Shown here piece by piece: positions 29,120 through 38,627 of a stretch of DNA of 64,000 nt. Source of the DNA: Gammaproteobacteria bacterium. Its GTDB lineage: Bacteria > Pseudomonadota > Gammaproteobacteria > HK1. How positions within the stretch are numbered: the stretch's first letter is position 1; the number at the start of each line of letters is the position of its first letter. The translations under genes were made by a program, and so were the position numbers. The stretch spans positions 2,629,925 to 2,693,924 of the forward strand of contig OZ244909.1 of NCBI GenBank assembly GCA_965221725.1, written 5' to 3'. The notes below the pieces were generated by a model. That model ran no database searches. It was not told the origin of the DNA and saw only the letters and a list, made by a program, of their open reading frames with translations.

Positions 29120-30292
29120 TCAGGAATCGCTCCCGCCGGTTTGTTGGTCCGGGTCCTCGCTGGTCCGGGTCAGTTCGTCCATGCGTCGGGCGATGTAGTC
29201 CCGCTTGAACGACGGCAGTTCGTAGGCCCAGCCCTGCCAGCGCGCGTTCAGCCGAGCGGCTTCGGCGCGAACCTCGTCGAGCGGGAGGAGTGGTTCCGGT
29301 GGGTCCTTCGGCTGCGCACCGGGCTCACCATCGGACGTGTCGGCAGCGGCTCCGGCACCCGCTCCATCGGCAGCGGCTTTCTGCTCCGTCAGCCCTGCGT
29401 CGACCTCGGCCCGCAACCGCACCCAGGCGCTGTCGTCGCGCATCACGGAGTCGAGGCGCACGCGCAATCCGTCGAAGGTGGTGATTTCAAGGCGCTTGTC
29501 CACGGAACCGGCGAAATCCAGCGAGGATGCCGGCGCCACGTCCTCGAAGCGCAGATCTTCGAGGAAGCGCCCGATATCGTTGACGCGGTACTGGGAGTCG
29601 AGTTCTCGGCCCCCGGGCACGTCGCGCAGCCCGAAATCCCGGTCTGCGGACGTCTCTCTGGTCGCGGCGATGATTGCGCCGTCCGCGTGGGAGACCTCGG
29701 TGGTGCGCAGACGCTCGCGCTCGATGCGGGCGACGACACGGTCCAGCCAGTCGATGACCTTGTCTCCGCCGGGGACCGAGCCTTCGACGAGCCACGCCTG
29801 CGGGTCATCGGCGACGCGGATGTAGAGTTCGGTGCGACCGGCGTCGGCTTTCGAGGGGCGACGGTTTCCGAGCACCCAGTCCGCGAGCACGACGCCCGAG
29901 GTGTCCTCCAACACGAGCCGCACGGACTTCGCGTCCTCGCCGGTCGGGTCTTCGAGCCACAGCTTCGGGTAGCGCTCGGGGTTGCTCGTCTTCGGCTCGA
30001 GCCGCTTCATCCCCGCCGCGCCGAGAAGCAGCTTGTGAACCCGGTTCGGGTCGGCGCGATAGCCTTCCTTGTCTTCCACCACCCAGGCGTCGGCGTCGCG
30101 CGCCAGGGTGAATGTGCCCTCGCTGCCGGTCACGCGGACCCGCGCCACCGCATTCACCCGCTCCAGCAACTCGGGGAAGACGATATCCCCACCCGGCTCC
30201 GGCGCGTCCGATCCGCGTTCGATGAACAGCACCGCGCCGACGGCGACCAGGGTTACGAGACCGAGCACCGGAACCGCACGCGCGCCACGCAT
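29120..30292 (-). CDS. DUF4340-domain protein
   Basis: N-terminal TM segment, WVVEDKEGYRAD, LYIRVADDPQAWLV and GWAYELP; last gene of the GldAFG-like operon. Confidence 0.75.
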   Translation of the reverse strand: MRGARAVPVLGLVTLVAVGAVLFIERGSDAPEPGGDIVFPELLERVNAVARVRVTGSEGTFTLARDADAWVVEDKEGYRADPNRVHKLLLGAAGMKRLEPKTSNPERYPKLWLEDPTGEDAKSVRLVLEDTSGVVLADWVLGNRRPSKADAGRTELYIRVADDPQAWLVEGSVPGGDKVIDWLDRVVARIERERLRTTEVSHADGAIIAATRETSADRDFGLRDVPGGRELDSQYRVNDIGRFLEDLRFEDVAPASSLDFAGSVDKRLEITTFDGLRVRLDSVMRDDSAWVRLRAEVDAGLTEQKAAADGAGAGAAADTSDGEPGAQPKDPPEPLLPLDEVRAEAARLNARWQGWAYELPSFKRDYIARRMDELTRTSEDPDQQTGGSDS

Positions 30293-30320
30293 CGCCCTGG
30301 ACTCCTCAGAGATTTCCGGG

Positions 30321-32309
30321 CTAGGTGGCCGCGCCCGCGTCGCGCCGGCGTCGGACCTGTGCAAGGCCCGCCGCCAGTCCGACGAGGCCGATGAGGATCG
30401 GTACCAACCCGATGTTCGCGAACTTGAGCCAGGCTTCCAGCGCCTCGATGTCGGCGCGAAGCTGCCTGCGTACCTCGCGCAACTCCTTGCCGATCCGTAC
30501 CCGTTCCTGGCGGAACCGGACGAGTTCCTCGCGCTGCGCGTCGGTGAGCACGAGCGCGTCGTCGCCCTGACTGCTCTCCTCGAGCGCGACGAGCCGGCCC
30601 TCGGTTTCCGTGAGCTCGGCGATGAGCTCCTGCTCCTTGGCGCGGAAGGTGCGCTCGGCCTGTTGCCGGAGCGCTGCCACCCGGGTGAACGGCCGGGTGA
30701 ATGTGCCGCGGTTGCGCACGCTGATGAGGTCGCCCGATCCGGTGAGGTTGTCGAGGGCGTTGATCACGAGCGGGCCGTTGGCGGCGCTCGGGATCGCGAT
30801 CCGGTTGCCGAGGAACTCCTGCACCACCACCCAGAACCGGTCCGCAAGCATGTCGGCATCCGCGACCACGATGATCTGGGCGTCCTCGGTCGATTCCGAC
30901 AGATGCTCCGCCTTCGGCCCGGACTCGGCGTCCGTCTCGGCGCCCTCGGCGGCTGCTTCTCCGTGCGCGTCTCGCGCCGCCGTCTCGCTGGTGTCCTCGT
31001 CCCGGGGCGCCTCGCTCTGTGGGCGTCCGTCCGGGAACGCGGTGCGGACCTTGCCGGAGATGCGCGCCACCACTGTGTAGGGACGATCCTGCGAAGCGTA
31101 GTCATCGAGCAGGTCGTGGGGGTCCGTCGTTACCGCCGCAACCTGTGCGGTCGTGAATTGCGCCGCGCCGGCGGTGGTGGTCACCAGCGGCGTGAACGTG
31201 GTGGTCGCTCCCTCCACGGGTTCCAGGTACCCCGGGGTGCCGAACCCGAGGTTGGCGAGGCTGCCGGTGACGATGTCTTCCTGATCGAAGGTGGACGGCG
31301 TGATGTTCATCCACACCGGGTAGTCGAACGTCAGGATGCGGCCGCTTTGCTCCATGCGCACCTTGAGCGCGAGCCCGAGGTCGGCCACCACGTCATCGCC
31401 GAGGGTCACCCCCCACGCAGAGAGCAGATCGTCGATCTCGGAGCGACGCGACATCATCGGCGGCATCATCCCGCCGGCCATGGCCATGGCTTCCTGCTGG
31501 GCCTCGGAGTACGGGTCGGCGAACGCGACCACCCGGCCGCCGCGGAGCACGTACTGGTCGATGGCGTAGAGCGCTTCGCGCGGCAGGGTCTGCGGATGGA
31601 CCAGCATCAGGACGTCGACGTCGTCGGGGACTTCGTCGAGGCTCGGATGCAGCGAACGCAGCTCGAAGAGCTGGCGGATCTGATCGACCACCGTCCAGGG
31701 CGGCCCGGCCATTGCGCCCATCGCCGCTTGCATCGCTGGTCCCTGCCCCTCGATGGGGAGCGAGCTCAGCAAGCCGACGACCTTCTGCTGCGGACTCGAG
31801 AGGTTGTGGACGAGCTTGGTCACGTCGTATTCGAGGAACTGCTCGCGTTCCGTCGTGAAGAAGGGAATCACTTCCTCGTCGTCGACCGAGTTCGTTCCCA
31901 CGAGACCGAAGTAGAAGATCCCCTCGTCGAGCCCGAGCGGCACGCCCCGCAGGCCGAACCCGACCGCCCGATCCTCCTCGTCGGAGAACGGCTCGGGGTC
32001 GATTACGCGCAGGCTCAGCTTGCCGCCCGCGATGCGCTCATACTCTTCGAGGAGCGCCCGCACGCGGTCGGCGTAGCCCCCGATCCCCGGCGCCCGCTCC
32101 AGCTCGCGCCTGGAGAGGTAGAACCGCAGGGTCACCGGCTCATCGAGACCCGTGAGGATTGCGCGGGTGCCGGCCGATGGGGTGAACAGGCGGTGCTCGG
32201 TCAGATCGATGCGCACCGGGCCGAGGAGCCGGCTCGCGAGGATGTTCACCGCGAACAGGAGCACCACGGCAAGCACGACTCCGGTGGTGGTCATCATGCG
32301 GCTGGTCAT
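30321..32309 (-). CDS. GldG-family / ABC-type uncharacterised transport auxiliary protein
   Basis: RIDLTEHRLFT, IDPEPFSDEED, EQFLEYD, AIDQYVLRGG, IIVVADADML and VINALDNL; C-terminal coiled coil plus TM segment. Confidence 0.85.
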   Translation of the reverse strand: MTSRMMTTTGVVLAVVLLFAVNILASRLLGPVRIDLTEHRLFTPSAGTRAILTGLDEPVTLRFYLSRRELERAPGIGGYADRVRALLEEYERIAGGKLSLRVIDPEPFSDEEDRAVGFGLRGVPLGLDEGIFYFGLVGTNSVDDEEVIPFFTTEREQFLEYDVTKLVHNLSSPQQKVVGLLSSLPIEGQGPAMQAAMGAMAGPPWTVVDQIRQLFELRSLHPSLDEVPDDVDVLMLVHPQTLPREALYAIDQYVLRGGRVVAFADPYSEAQQEAMAMAGGMMPPMMSRRSEIDDLLSAWGVTLGDDVVADLGLALKVRMEQSGRILTFDYPVWMNITPSTFDQEDIVTGSLANLGFGTPGYLEPVEGATTTFTPLVTTTAGAAQFTTAQVAAVTTDPHDLLDDYASQDRPYTVVARISGKVRTAFPDGRPQSEAPRDEDTSETAARDAHGEAAAEGAETDAESGPKAEHLSESTEDAQIIVVADADMLADRFWVVVQEFLGNRIAIPSAANGPLVINALDNLTGSGDLISVRNRGTFTRPFTRVAALRQQAERTFRAKEQELIAELTETEGRLVALEESSQGDDALVLTDAQREELVRFRQERVRIGKELREVRRQLRADIEALEAWLKFANIGLVPILIGLVGLAAGLAQVRRRRDAGAAT

Positions 32310-32453
32310 GCGTGACTCCTCGCGGTCGGCACGCAGACATCACCGACTGGCGCCGCCGGTTCCGGCGCATTCGGGTTCATGGCCGTGAACCGCCGACTCC
32401 CCCGCGCGTCCGGCATCGTCATCGACATCATCCTCACGCCCCTCCCACGCTTC

Positions 32454-33188
32454 TCACGCCGCCTTGCGCCACTCGATCGCCACCGCGTTGACGAACAGCC
32501 AGAATGCGATGAGGGAGACGAAGTAGATGATGTCGCTCGCCTGCAGCACCCCCTTGCTGATGGCCTGGAAATGGGTCAGGAAGCTGAACGAGCGAACCGT
32601 GTCCACCACGATGGGCGGGGCGATGGCATCGACGAGTTCGAGCACCAGCGGGAAGCCGCTCAGCACGAAGCCCAGGCACACCACGCCGCTCACCACGAAG
32701 GCGATGACCTGATTGCGGGTCAGAGCCGAGATGCACGAGCCGATGGCGAGAAACGCCCCGGCCATCAGCAGGCTGCCGAGATAGCCGGCGAGGATGACGC
32801 CGTTGTCGGGGTCGCCGAGGTAGTTGACGGTGATCCAGAGCGGGAAGGTGAGCGCGAGCGCGATGGCGGTGAATATCCAGGCCGCGAGGAATTTCCCCAT
32901 CACCGCCTGGAACATGGTAATCGGCAGGGTGAACAGGAGCTCGATGGTGCCCGCTCGGCGCTCTTCGGCCCACAACCGCATCGCGAGCGCGGGGATCAGA
33001 AACAGGTAGAGCCAGGGATGGAACTGGAAGAAGGCGCGCAGATCAGCCTGCCCGCCATCGAAGAAGCCGCCGATGTAGAAGGCGAAGATGCCGCTCAGAA
33101 ACACGAAGATGGCGAGGAAGACATAGGCGATGGGAGTCCCGAAGTAGCCGGCGAGCTCCCGCACGCAGATGGTGCGGACGTTAGCCAT
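32454..33188 (-). CDS. ABC transporter permease (GldF-like)
   Basis: RELAGYFGTPIAY, PALAMRLWAEERRAGTIELLFTLP and SALTRNQVIAF. Confidence 0.9.
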   Translation of the reverse strand: MANVRTICVRELAGYFGTPIAYVFLAIFVFLSGIFAFYIGGFFDGGQADLRAFFQFHPWLYLFLIPALAMRLWAEERRAGTIELLFTLPITMFQAVMGKFLAAWIFTAIALALTFPLWITVNYLGDPDNGVILAGYLGSLLMAGAFLAIGSCISALTRNQVIAFVVSGVVCLGFVLSGFPLVLELVDAIAPPIVVDTVRSFSFLTHFQAISKGVLQASDIIYFVSLIAFWLFVNAVAIEWRKAA

Positions 33189-34149
33189 TGCGCGCAGCCT
33201 CCTCGCCGGTGGTCATTGCCCGGAACACGTCGTCGAGGCGGCCCCGCTCGACGTGCAATCCGGTCACATGCCATCCGTGCGCGTGCGCTGCGGTGCTCAC
33301 CGCACCGGCGAGGGGCTTCGTGCCGGCCGGGAGCGCAAGCAGCTCGAGCGTGCCGTCCGATCGTGAACTCACCTCGGCCTGCGACACCTCGGGCAGCGCC
33401 CGGAGTGTTTCCACCACGCGGCCCACCGTCGCTTCGTCCGGGTCGCTCATCGCGAGGGAAAGCCTGAGCGCGTTGTGCATGCGCGACCGGGACAGCAGCT
33501 CCTCCGGGGTCCCGTCGCTCACGATCCGTCCGCTCGCGATGATCGTCGCCCGCGTACACACCGCGTCCACCTCTTCCAGGATGTGAGTGGAGAGGATGAT
33601 CACCTTCTCCGCCGACATGCCCTTGATGAGGGAGCGCACCTCGTGCTTCTGGTTGGGGTCGAGGCCATCGGTGGGCTCGTCGAGGATGAGGATCCGGGGG
33701 TCATGGAGAATGGCCTGGGCGAGTCCGACCCGTCGCTTGAACCCTTTGGACAGCGTGTCGATCGGCATCTCCAGGACTGATTCCAGGCTCACCTTCTCCA
33801 CCACGTCCGCGATGCGGCGCTCGGCGTCCGCGCCCCTGAACCCGTGAATTCCGGCCACGAACCGCAGGAATCCCCGCGCTGTCATCTCTCCGTAGAGCGG
33901 CGCTCCTTCGGGCAGGTACCCGATCCATCGCCTGACCTCCACCGGGCTGGCGGCGATGTCCACGCCGCCGATGCGGATCGTGCCCCGGTCGGGTCTCAGG
34001 AAGCCGGTCACCATCTTCATGGTGGTCGATTTGCCCGCCCCGTTCGGCCCGAGAAAACCGAGCACCTCGCCGCGGCCGACGCTGAACGATACATCGTCCA
34101 CGGCGGTCACCGCCCCGAACCGCTTCGTGATGTTGCCGATCTCGATCAT
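33181..34149 (-). CDS. ABC transporter ATP-binding protein (GldA-like)
   Basis: GPNGAGKST, LSKGFKRRVG, ILDEPTDGLDP and LSTH. Confidence 0.93.
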   Translation of the reverse strand: MIEIGNITKRFGAVTAVDDVSFSVGRGEVLGFLGPNGAGKSTTMKMVTGFLRPDRGTIRIGGVDIAASPVEVRRWIGYLPEGAPLYGEMTARGFLRFVAGIHGFRGADAERRIADVVEKVSLESVLEMPIDTLSKGFKRRVGLAQAILHDPRILILDEPTDGLDPNQKHEVRSLIKGMSAEKVIILSTHILEEVDAVCTRATIIASGRIVSDGTPEELLSRSRMHNALRLSLAMSDPDEATVGRVVETLRALPEVSQAEVSSRSDGTLELLALPAGTKPLAGAVSTAAHAHGWHVTGLHVERGRLDDVFRAMTTGEEAARNG

Positions 34150-34221
34150 GCTCGCCGGAACCCTTCTGCGTTACGCCGCGCGCGCGAACCGGGTGCGGGC
34201 ACGTGCCGGAGCGACCATGCT

Positions 34222-34248
34222 CAATGGGGGTCCATCGGCGCATTTCAA
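34222..34248 (-). promoter_or_regulatory. Candidate sigma32 (RpoH) promoter for the ABC/GldG operon
   Basis: Minus strand TTGAAA (34248-34243)-N13-CCCCATTG, against consensus TTGAAA-N13/14-CCCCATnT. Confidence 0.5.
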
Positions 34249-34280
34249 CCCTGCGGCGTCGCGACCCCGGGAAGGGGCGA

Positions 34281-34307
34281 TTGAAATCGCCCGCCTCGCC
34301 CGCATGT
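34281..34307 (+). promoter_or_regulatory. Candidate sigma32 promoter for degQ
   Basis: TTGAAA (34281-34286)-N13-CCGCATGT, about 30 nt upstream of the ATG. Confidence 0.45.
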
Positions 34308-34335
34308 GCGGGTGATCTCCACCGGAGTTCCTTCG

Positions 34336-35760
34336 ATGAACGGACTGGCGAGATTGTGCCCCGGACCGGCGCGGCATGAGCGAGCGTTCCCCCGGCGATG
34401 GCGCGTCACTGGAGCGCTCGTCGCGGGATGCATCCTCTCGGTTGCGGCCGCGCAAGCGGCGACGCTGCCGCTGCCACTGCGCGACGGGGTCCCGACCCTT
34501 GCGCCCCTGCTTCGGGACGTCACCCCGGCCGTGGTCAACATATCGGTCGAGACCATGGTTCCCCAGCGCAACAACCCGTTGTTTCGCGATCCCTTCTTCC
34601 GCCGTTTCTTCGACCTGCCCGAAGGCGCCCCGGCGCGGCCCCGGCAAAGTGCAGGCTCGGGGGTGATCGTCGATGCCGAGCGCGGTTACGTGCTGTCCAA
34701 TCACCACGTCGTCGCCAGGGCCGAGTCGGTGACGGTCACTCTCAAGAACAACCGCCGCTACGAAGCCGAAGTGCTCGGCAGCGATCCAGGGACCGATATC
34801 GCGCTGCTCCGAATCGAGGCCGACGGGCTCGCCTCGATCCCGATCGGGGACAGCGATACGCTGGAGGTCGGGGACTTCGTCCTCGCCATCGGCAACCCGT
34901 TCGGGCTCGGGCAGACCGTCACCTCAGGCATTGTCAGCGCCCTCGGGCGCAGCGGCATCAACGTCGAGGGCTACGAGGACTTCATTCAGACCGATGCGTC
35001 GATCAACCCCGGCAACTCGGGCGGCGCGCTGGTCAACCTGCGCGGCGAGTTGGTGGGCATCAACACCGCGATCATCGGGCCCTCCGGGGGGAACGTGGGC
35101 ATCGGTTTCGCGGTGCCCGTCAGCATCGCGACCGCAGTGATGGACCAGCTCGCTGCGCACGGCGAGATGCAGCGCGGAAGAATCGGGGTGATGATTCAGG
35201 ATCTCACGCCGGATCTCGCCGAGGCCCTCGATCTGGAGATCCAGCACGGCGCCCTGGTCTCCCGCGTGGAAGCGGGCTCACCGGCGGAGGCGGCGGGACT
35301 CCAGGCCGGCGATGTCATCGTTGCCGTGGACGGGGTGAAGGTGGAGGGCTCGCGCGATCTCAGGAACGCCATCGGCCTGATTCGGGTCGGCGAGGAGGTC
35401 GAGATCGCGATCGAGCGCGAGAGTCGCCGCGCCCAGCTCACCGTGCGGGTCGGTGAAGCGCGGGACGACGCCCTCGCCACCGCGATGGAGGTTCCCCCCG
35501 CACTCGAAGGGGCGACGCTGCGGGACCTGGAGCAGGGCGATCCGGCGCATGGTCGCATCGAGGGGGTCATCGCCGCGGAGGTGGCGCCGGGGTCCCGCGC
35601 GGCGCGCAGCGGCATGAGGCCCGGCGACGTGATCGTGGCGCTGAACCGGCGCCGCGTACGCAACGCCGAGGAGTTGCAGAACGCGCTCGACCAGGCCGGT
35701 CAGGTTCTCGCGCTCAACATCGTGCGCGGCGACAGTCAGTTGTTCATCGTGATTCGCTGA
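34336..35760 (+). CDS. degQ: Do/DegQ-family periplasmic serine endoprotease with two PDZ domains
   Basis: Signal peptide, GSGVIVDA, SNHHV, DIALL and QTDASINPGNSGGAL; two PDZ-like repeats. Start uncertain. Confidence 0.93.
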   Translation: MNGLARLCPGPARHERAFPRRWRVTGALVAGCILSVAAAQAATLPLPLRDGVPTLAPLLRDVTPAVVNISVETMVPQRNNPLFRDPFFRRFFDLPEGAPARPRQSAGSGVIVDAERGYVLSNHHVVARAESVTVTLKNNRRYEAEVLGSDPGTDIALLRIEADGLASIPIGDSDTLEVGDFVLAIGNPFGLGQTVTSGIVSALGRSGINVEGYEDFIQTDASINPGNSGGALVNLRGELVGINTAIIGPSGGNVGIGFAVPVSIATAVMDQLAAHGEMQRGRIGVMIQDLTPDLAEALDLEIQHGALVSRVEAGSPAEAAGLQAGDVIVAVDGVKVEGSRDLRNAIGLIRVGEEVEIAIERESRRAQLTVRVGEARDDALATAMEVPPALEGATLRDLEQGDPAHGRIEGVIAAEVAPGSRAARSGMRPGDVIVALNRRRVRNAEELQNALDQAGQVLALNIVRGDSQLFIVIR

Positions 35761-35809
35761 CCGGATTCTCTGGCAGAATCGAATCTCCCCGAGAGGTGTT
35801 TCTTCGACC

Positions 35810-36208
35810 ATGACGGCACCCCTGTTCCACATGATCTCCGGCGGCGCCCGCCCGGTCGCTCCCTACAGTCACGCGGTGGAGGCGGACGGTTGGGTCTTCC
35901 TCACCGGGCAGGTTCCCAACCGCCCCGACGACGATACGCGGCCCCTTGCGCCGGATATCGAAGCCCAGACGCGCCGCGTGATGGACAATCTCGTCATCGT
36001 GCTCGAAGGCGTCGGGCTGACGCTCGAGCACGTGGTAGCGGGCCGCGTCTTCCTCACCCGTTTCGAGGAGGACTACGAGCGAATGAACCAGGTATATCTG
36101 TCGTACTTTGCGCCGGGTCGGCTGCCGGCGAGAACCTGTATCGGAGTGACGGCACTGGCGCGCGATGCCCGCATCGAGATCGACTTCATCGCGCGGCGTC
36201 CCGGATGA
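35810..36208 (+). CDS. RidA/YjgF-family protein
   Basis: PYSHAV, FLTGQVP and PARTCIGV...IEID. Confidence 0.9.
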   Translation: MTAPLFHMISGGARPVAPYSHAVEADGWVFLTGQVPNRPDDDTRPLAPDIEAQTRRVMDNLVIVLEGVGLTLEHVVAGRVFLTRFEEDYERMNQVYLSYFAPGRLPARTCIGVTALARDARIEIDFIARRPG

Positions 36209-37218
36209 CGCGGAGTTCGTCGTCGATCGACGCGCCCGGTATCCACACGGAGTCCACCACCCCTTCCCGGACGCCCCCGCGCATCCCCGTCGGTGTGAGC
36301 AGTTGTCTGCTCGGCGAAGCGGTGCGTTACGACGGCGGCCACAAGCATGACCGGTACGTGACGGGGGTGCTCGGGCGGTACTTCGAGTACGTCGCCTGGT
36401 GTCCGGAGGCACTGGCCGGACTCGGGGTGCCGCGGCCTCCGATCCGGCTCTCCGGAGATCCCCGCGCCCCCCGCGCAGTGCGGGTGACCGACCCGTTGGT
36501 CGACGTCACCGATGCCTTGCTCGCAATCGCCGACAGGGTCGTGTCGGACATGGGCGCATTGCGGGGATACATCTTCAAGCGGGGCTCTCCGAGCTGTGGC
36601 ATGGCGCGCGTCAAGGTCTACGGCGAGCCGGGGAAGTCCCCGCGGCTGGGGACGGGGGTGTTCGCCCGCGCCGTGATGCAGGCGCATCCGCTGCTCCCAT
36701 GCGAAGAGGAGGGCCGATTGAACGATGGGCCGTTGCGCGAGAGCTTCATCGAGCGCGTCTTCGCCTACGACCGCTGGTTGCGGACGATGGCCCCCGGGTT
36801 TACGCCGGGACGGTTGGTGACATTTCATACTCGGCACAAGTTTCTGCTGCTCTCGCACAGCGAGGTCCACTACCGGGCGGCGGGTCGGCTCGTCGCTGAT
36901 GCGGGCCGACGCGAGCCGGCCCGGCTTGCCCGCGAATACCTCTCGATCCTCATGGAGGGGATGGCGCACCGGGCCACCCCCCGGCGCCACGCCAACGTCC
37001 TGCAGCACCTCGCCGGATTTCTCAAGCGCTCCCTCGACGCCGGCGACCGGCGCGCGCTCGCAGACGTGATCGACGAATACCGCACCGGGTCCGTTCCCCT
37101 CGTGGTCCCCATCAGGTTCCTGCGCCATCACTTCCGGCGCGCTCCAGACCGCTACGTGGAGATGCAGCACTACCTGGAGCCGTATCCCGACGAACTCGGT
37201 CTCAGAAACAACCTCTGA
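36205..37218 (+). CDS. DUF523/DUF1722 (YbgA-family, 2-thiouracil desulfurase-like) protein
   Basis: GVSSCLLGEAVRYDGGH, WCPE, GYIFKRGSPSCG, PCEEEGRLND and FHTRHKFLLLSH; ATGA overlap with ridA. Confidence 0.88.
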   Translation: MTRSSSSIDAPGIHTESTTPSRTPPRIPVGVSSCLLGEAVRYDGGHKHDRYVTGVLGRYFEYVAWCPEALAGLGVPRPPIRLSGDPRAPRAVRVTDPLVDVTDALLAIADRVVSDMGALRGYIFKRGSPSCGMARVKVYGEPGKSPRLGTGVFARAVMQAHPLLPCEEEGRLNDGPLRESFIERVFAYDRWLRTMAPGFTPGRLVTFHTRHKFLLLSHSEVHYRAAGRLVADAGRREPARLAREYLSILMEGMAHRATPRRHANVLQHLAGFLKRSLDAGDRRALADVIDEYRTGSVPLVVPIRFLRHHFRRAPDRYVEMQHYLEPYPDELGLRNNL

Positions 37219-37332
37219 CCCGCACCAATCCGCGCCCGCAGGACTTGCTTCCGGGTGATGTGCGCCGGCGCGGAAGCGTCTGGATGGTCGGGAGCGTTCG
37301 CGGCGCCCGGACGCGAACCGGGCAATGGCCAG

Positions 37333-38619
37333 TCAGCGCATCGGCACCGGCCGGCCGTCGGCGCCATCCCATGCGACCCCGAGGAAGTCGAGGATGGTAG
37401 GCGCGATGTCCACCGCGCACGTGGGGGCCTCGATACGGTGCACCTCGCCGGAGCCGTCGTCGACAATCAGCATCGCATTCGTCTCGTAGCGGCCGAGGCC
37501 GCCATGCTGGCCGCGCCCCGGCCCGTCGATGCTCGAGAACCGGCAACCGGCGACGTGGGAGATCCCCGGGACGCCGAACCGGTTCGGGGCGTCCACCCTG
37601 GCCATCGAAAACGCGATGGCGAGACCACCGTCCTCGCGCTGTCCCACCCTGGCCAGGGCGTCGCCCGCGAACACCGGGCCGCACCACGGCTGGTGCTGGA
37701 GCCAGCCCACGATGTCGTCGCGTCGCGAGGCCGCGCGGTCGGCCAGGTAGACGAGTGCGCCCATGCCGCTCGATGCGAACACGACATCGGTCGATTCGGC
37801 GTCCGCCTTGAGTCCCGCCCCGATCATCAGGTTCTCGACGGGAACGACCCGATCCGTCGTCTCGTGCCCATGATCCGAGCAGACCACCAGCAGCACCTCC
37901 TCGCCCCGATCGCGCATGCGGCCGACCGCGGCGACAACGTCCGCCACATTCGCGTCCGCCGCATGCACCAGCGCGCGATGCTCGGGCGAGCCGAGCTCCA
38001 TGACGTGCTGGGAATGGTCGGGTTCGCAGAGCCAGAGCGTGTGCAGAGCATGTCCGCCGGGGGCGTCGAGCGCGGCGCAGAACCGGTGGGTGGTCTCACG
38101 GTCGCCAGCGGCGTCATAGGTGACGTCGAGATGCTCCGGCCCTTCCACCGGCGCGAAGCCCGGACGGTGCGAGCCGCTGCGGTGCAGCAGCAGACCGTGC
38201 CCGTTCGGATCCTGCATGTGGGCGGCGCCGGCCGAGGAGTTGAGCCAGCCCGCCGCTCCGCCGTGATCGCGAAGTCGCTCGCTCAGCGTGGGCCGGCGGA
38301 GCGTGCGTCCCGTCGCGCGGCGCAGCCGTTCGCGAAACGTTGATGGCCCCACCGGGACGGGAACGAGCCCGCTTCCTTCATCGAGGGCGATGACGTTGCC
38401 GTGCAGTCCGTGCGAGGCGGGAAAGCACCCGGTCGCGAGCGACGCGGAGTTCACCCGGGTCGCGGAGGGGAAGACGGAACGGTGATGCGGGTACCAGCGC
38501 GCGGCGGTCGCGAGCCGGTGCAGGTTGGGGGCGCGCGCTTCGTCCACATGGTCGCCGCGCAGACCGTCGACCACGACGTGAACCACACGCCGTTCGACCG
38601 AAGCGCGGGTACCGCCCAT
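37333..38619 (-). CDS. Alkaline phosphatase superfamily protein (type I phosphodiesterase/nucleotide pyrophosphatase)
   Basis: VVVDGLRGD, FPSATRVNSASLATG, EPDHSQH, CSDHGH and GQHGG. Confidence 0.85.
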   Translation of the reverse strand: MGGTRASVERRVVHVVVDGLRGDHVDEARAPNLHRLATAARWYPHHRSVFPSATRVNSASLATGCFPASHGLHGNVIALDEGSGLVPVPVGPSTFRERLRRATGRTLRRPTLSERLRDHGGAAGWLNSSAGAAHMQDPNGHGLLLHRSGSHRPGFAPVEGPEHLDVTYDAAGDRETTHRFCAALDAPGGHALHTLWLCEPDHSQHVMELGSPEHRALVHAADANVADVVAAVGRMRDRGEEVLLVVCSDHGHETTDRVVPVENLMIGAGLKADAESTDVVFASSGMGALVYLADRAASRRDDIVGWLQHQPWCGPVFAGDALARVGQREDGGLAIAFSMARVDAPNRFGVPGISHVAGCRFSSIDGPGRGQHGGLGRYETNAMLIVDDGSGEVHRIEAPTCAVDIAPTILDFLGVAWDGADGRPVPMR

Positions 38620-38627
38620 CCCGAAGC

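Noticed and set aside
29120-34149. Gliding-motility function for the GldA/F/G-like genes
   Set aside because: No other gld/spr genes are present. This ABC-GldG-DUF4340 arrangement is widespread in non-gliding proteobacteria.
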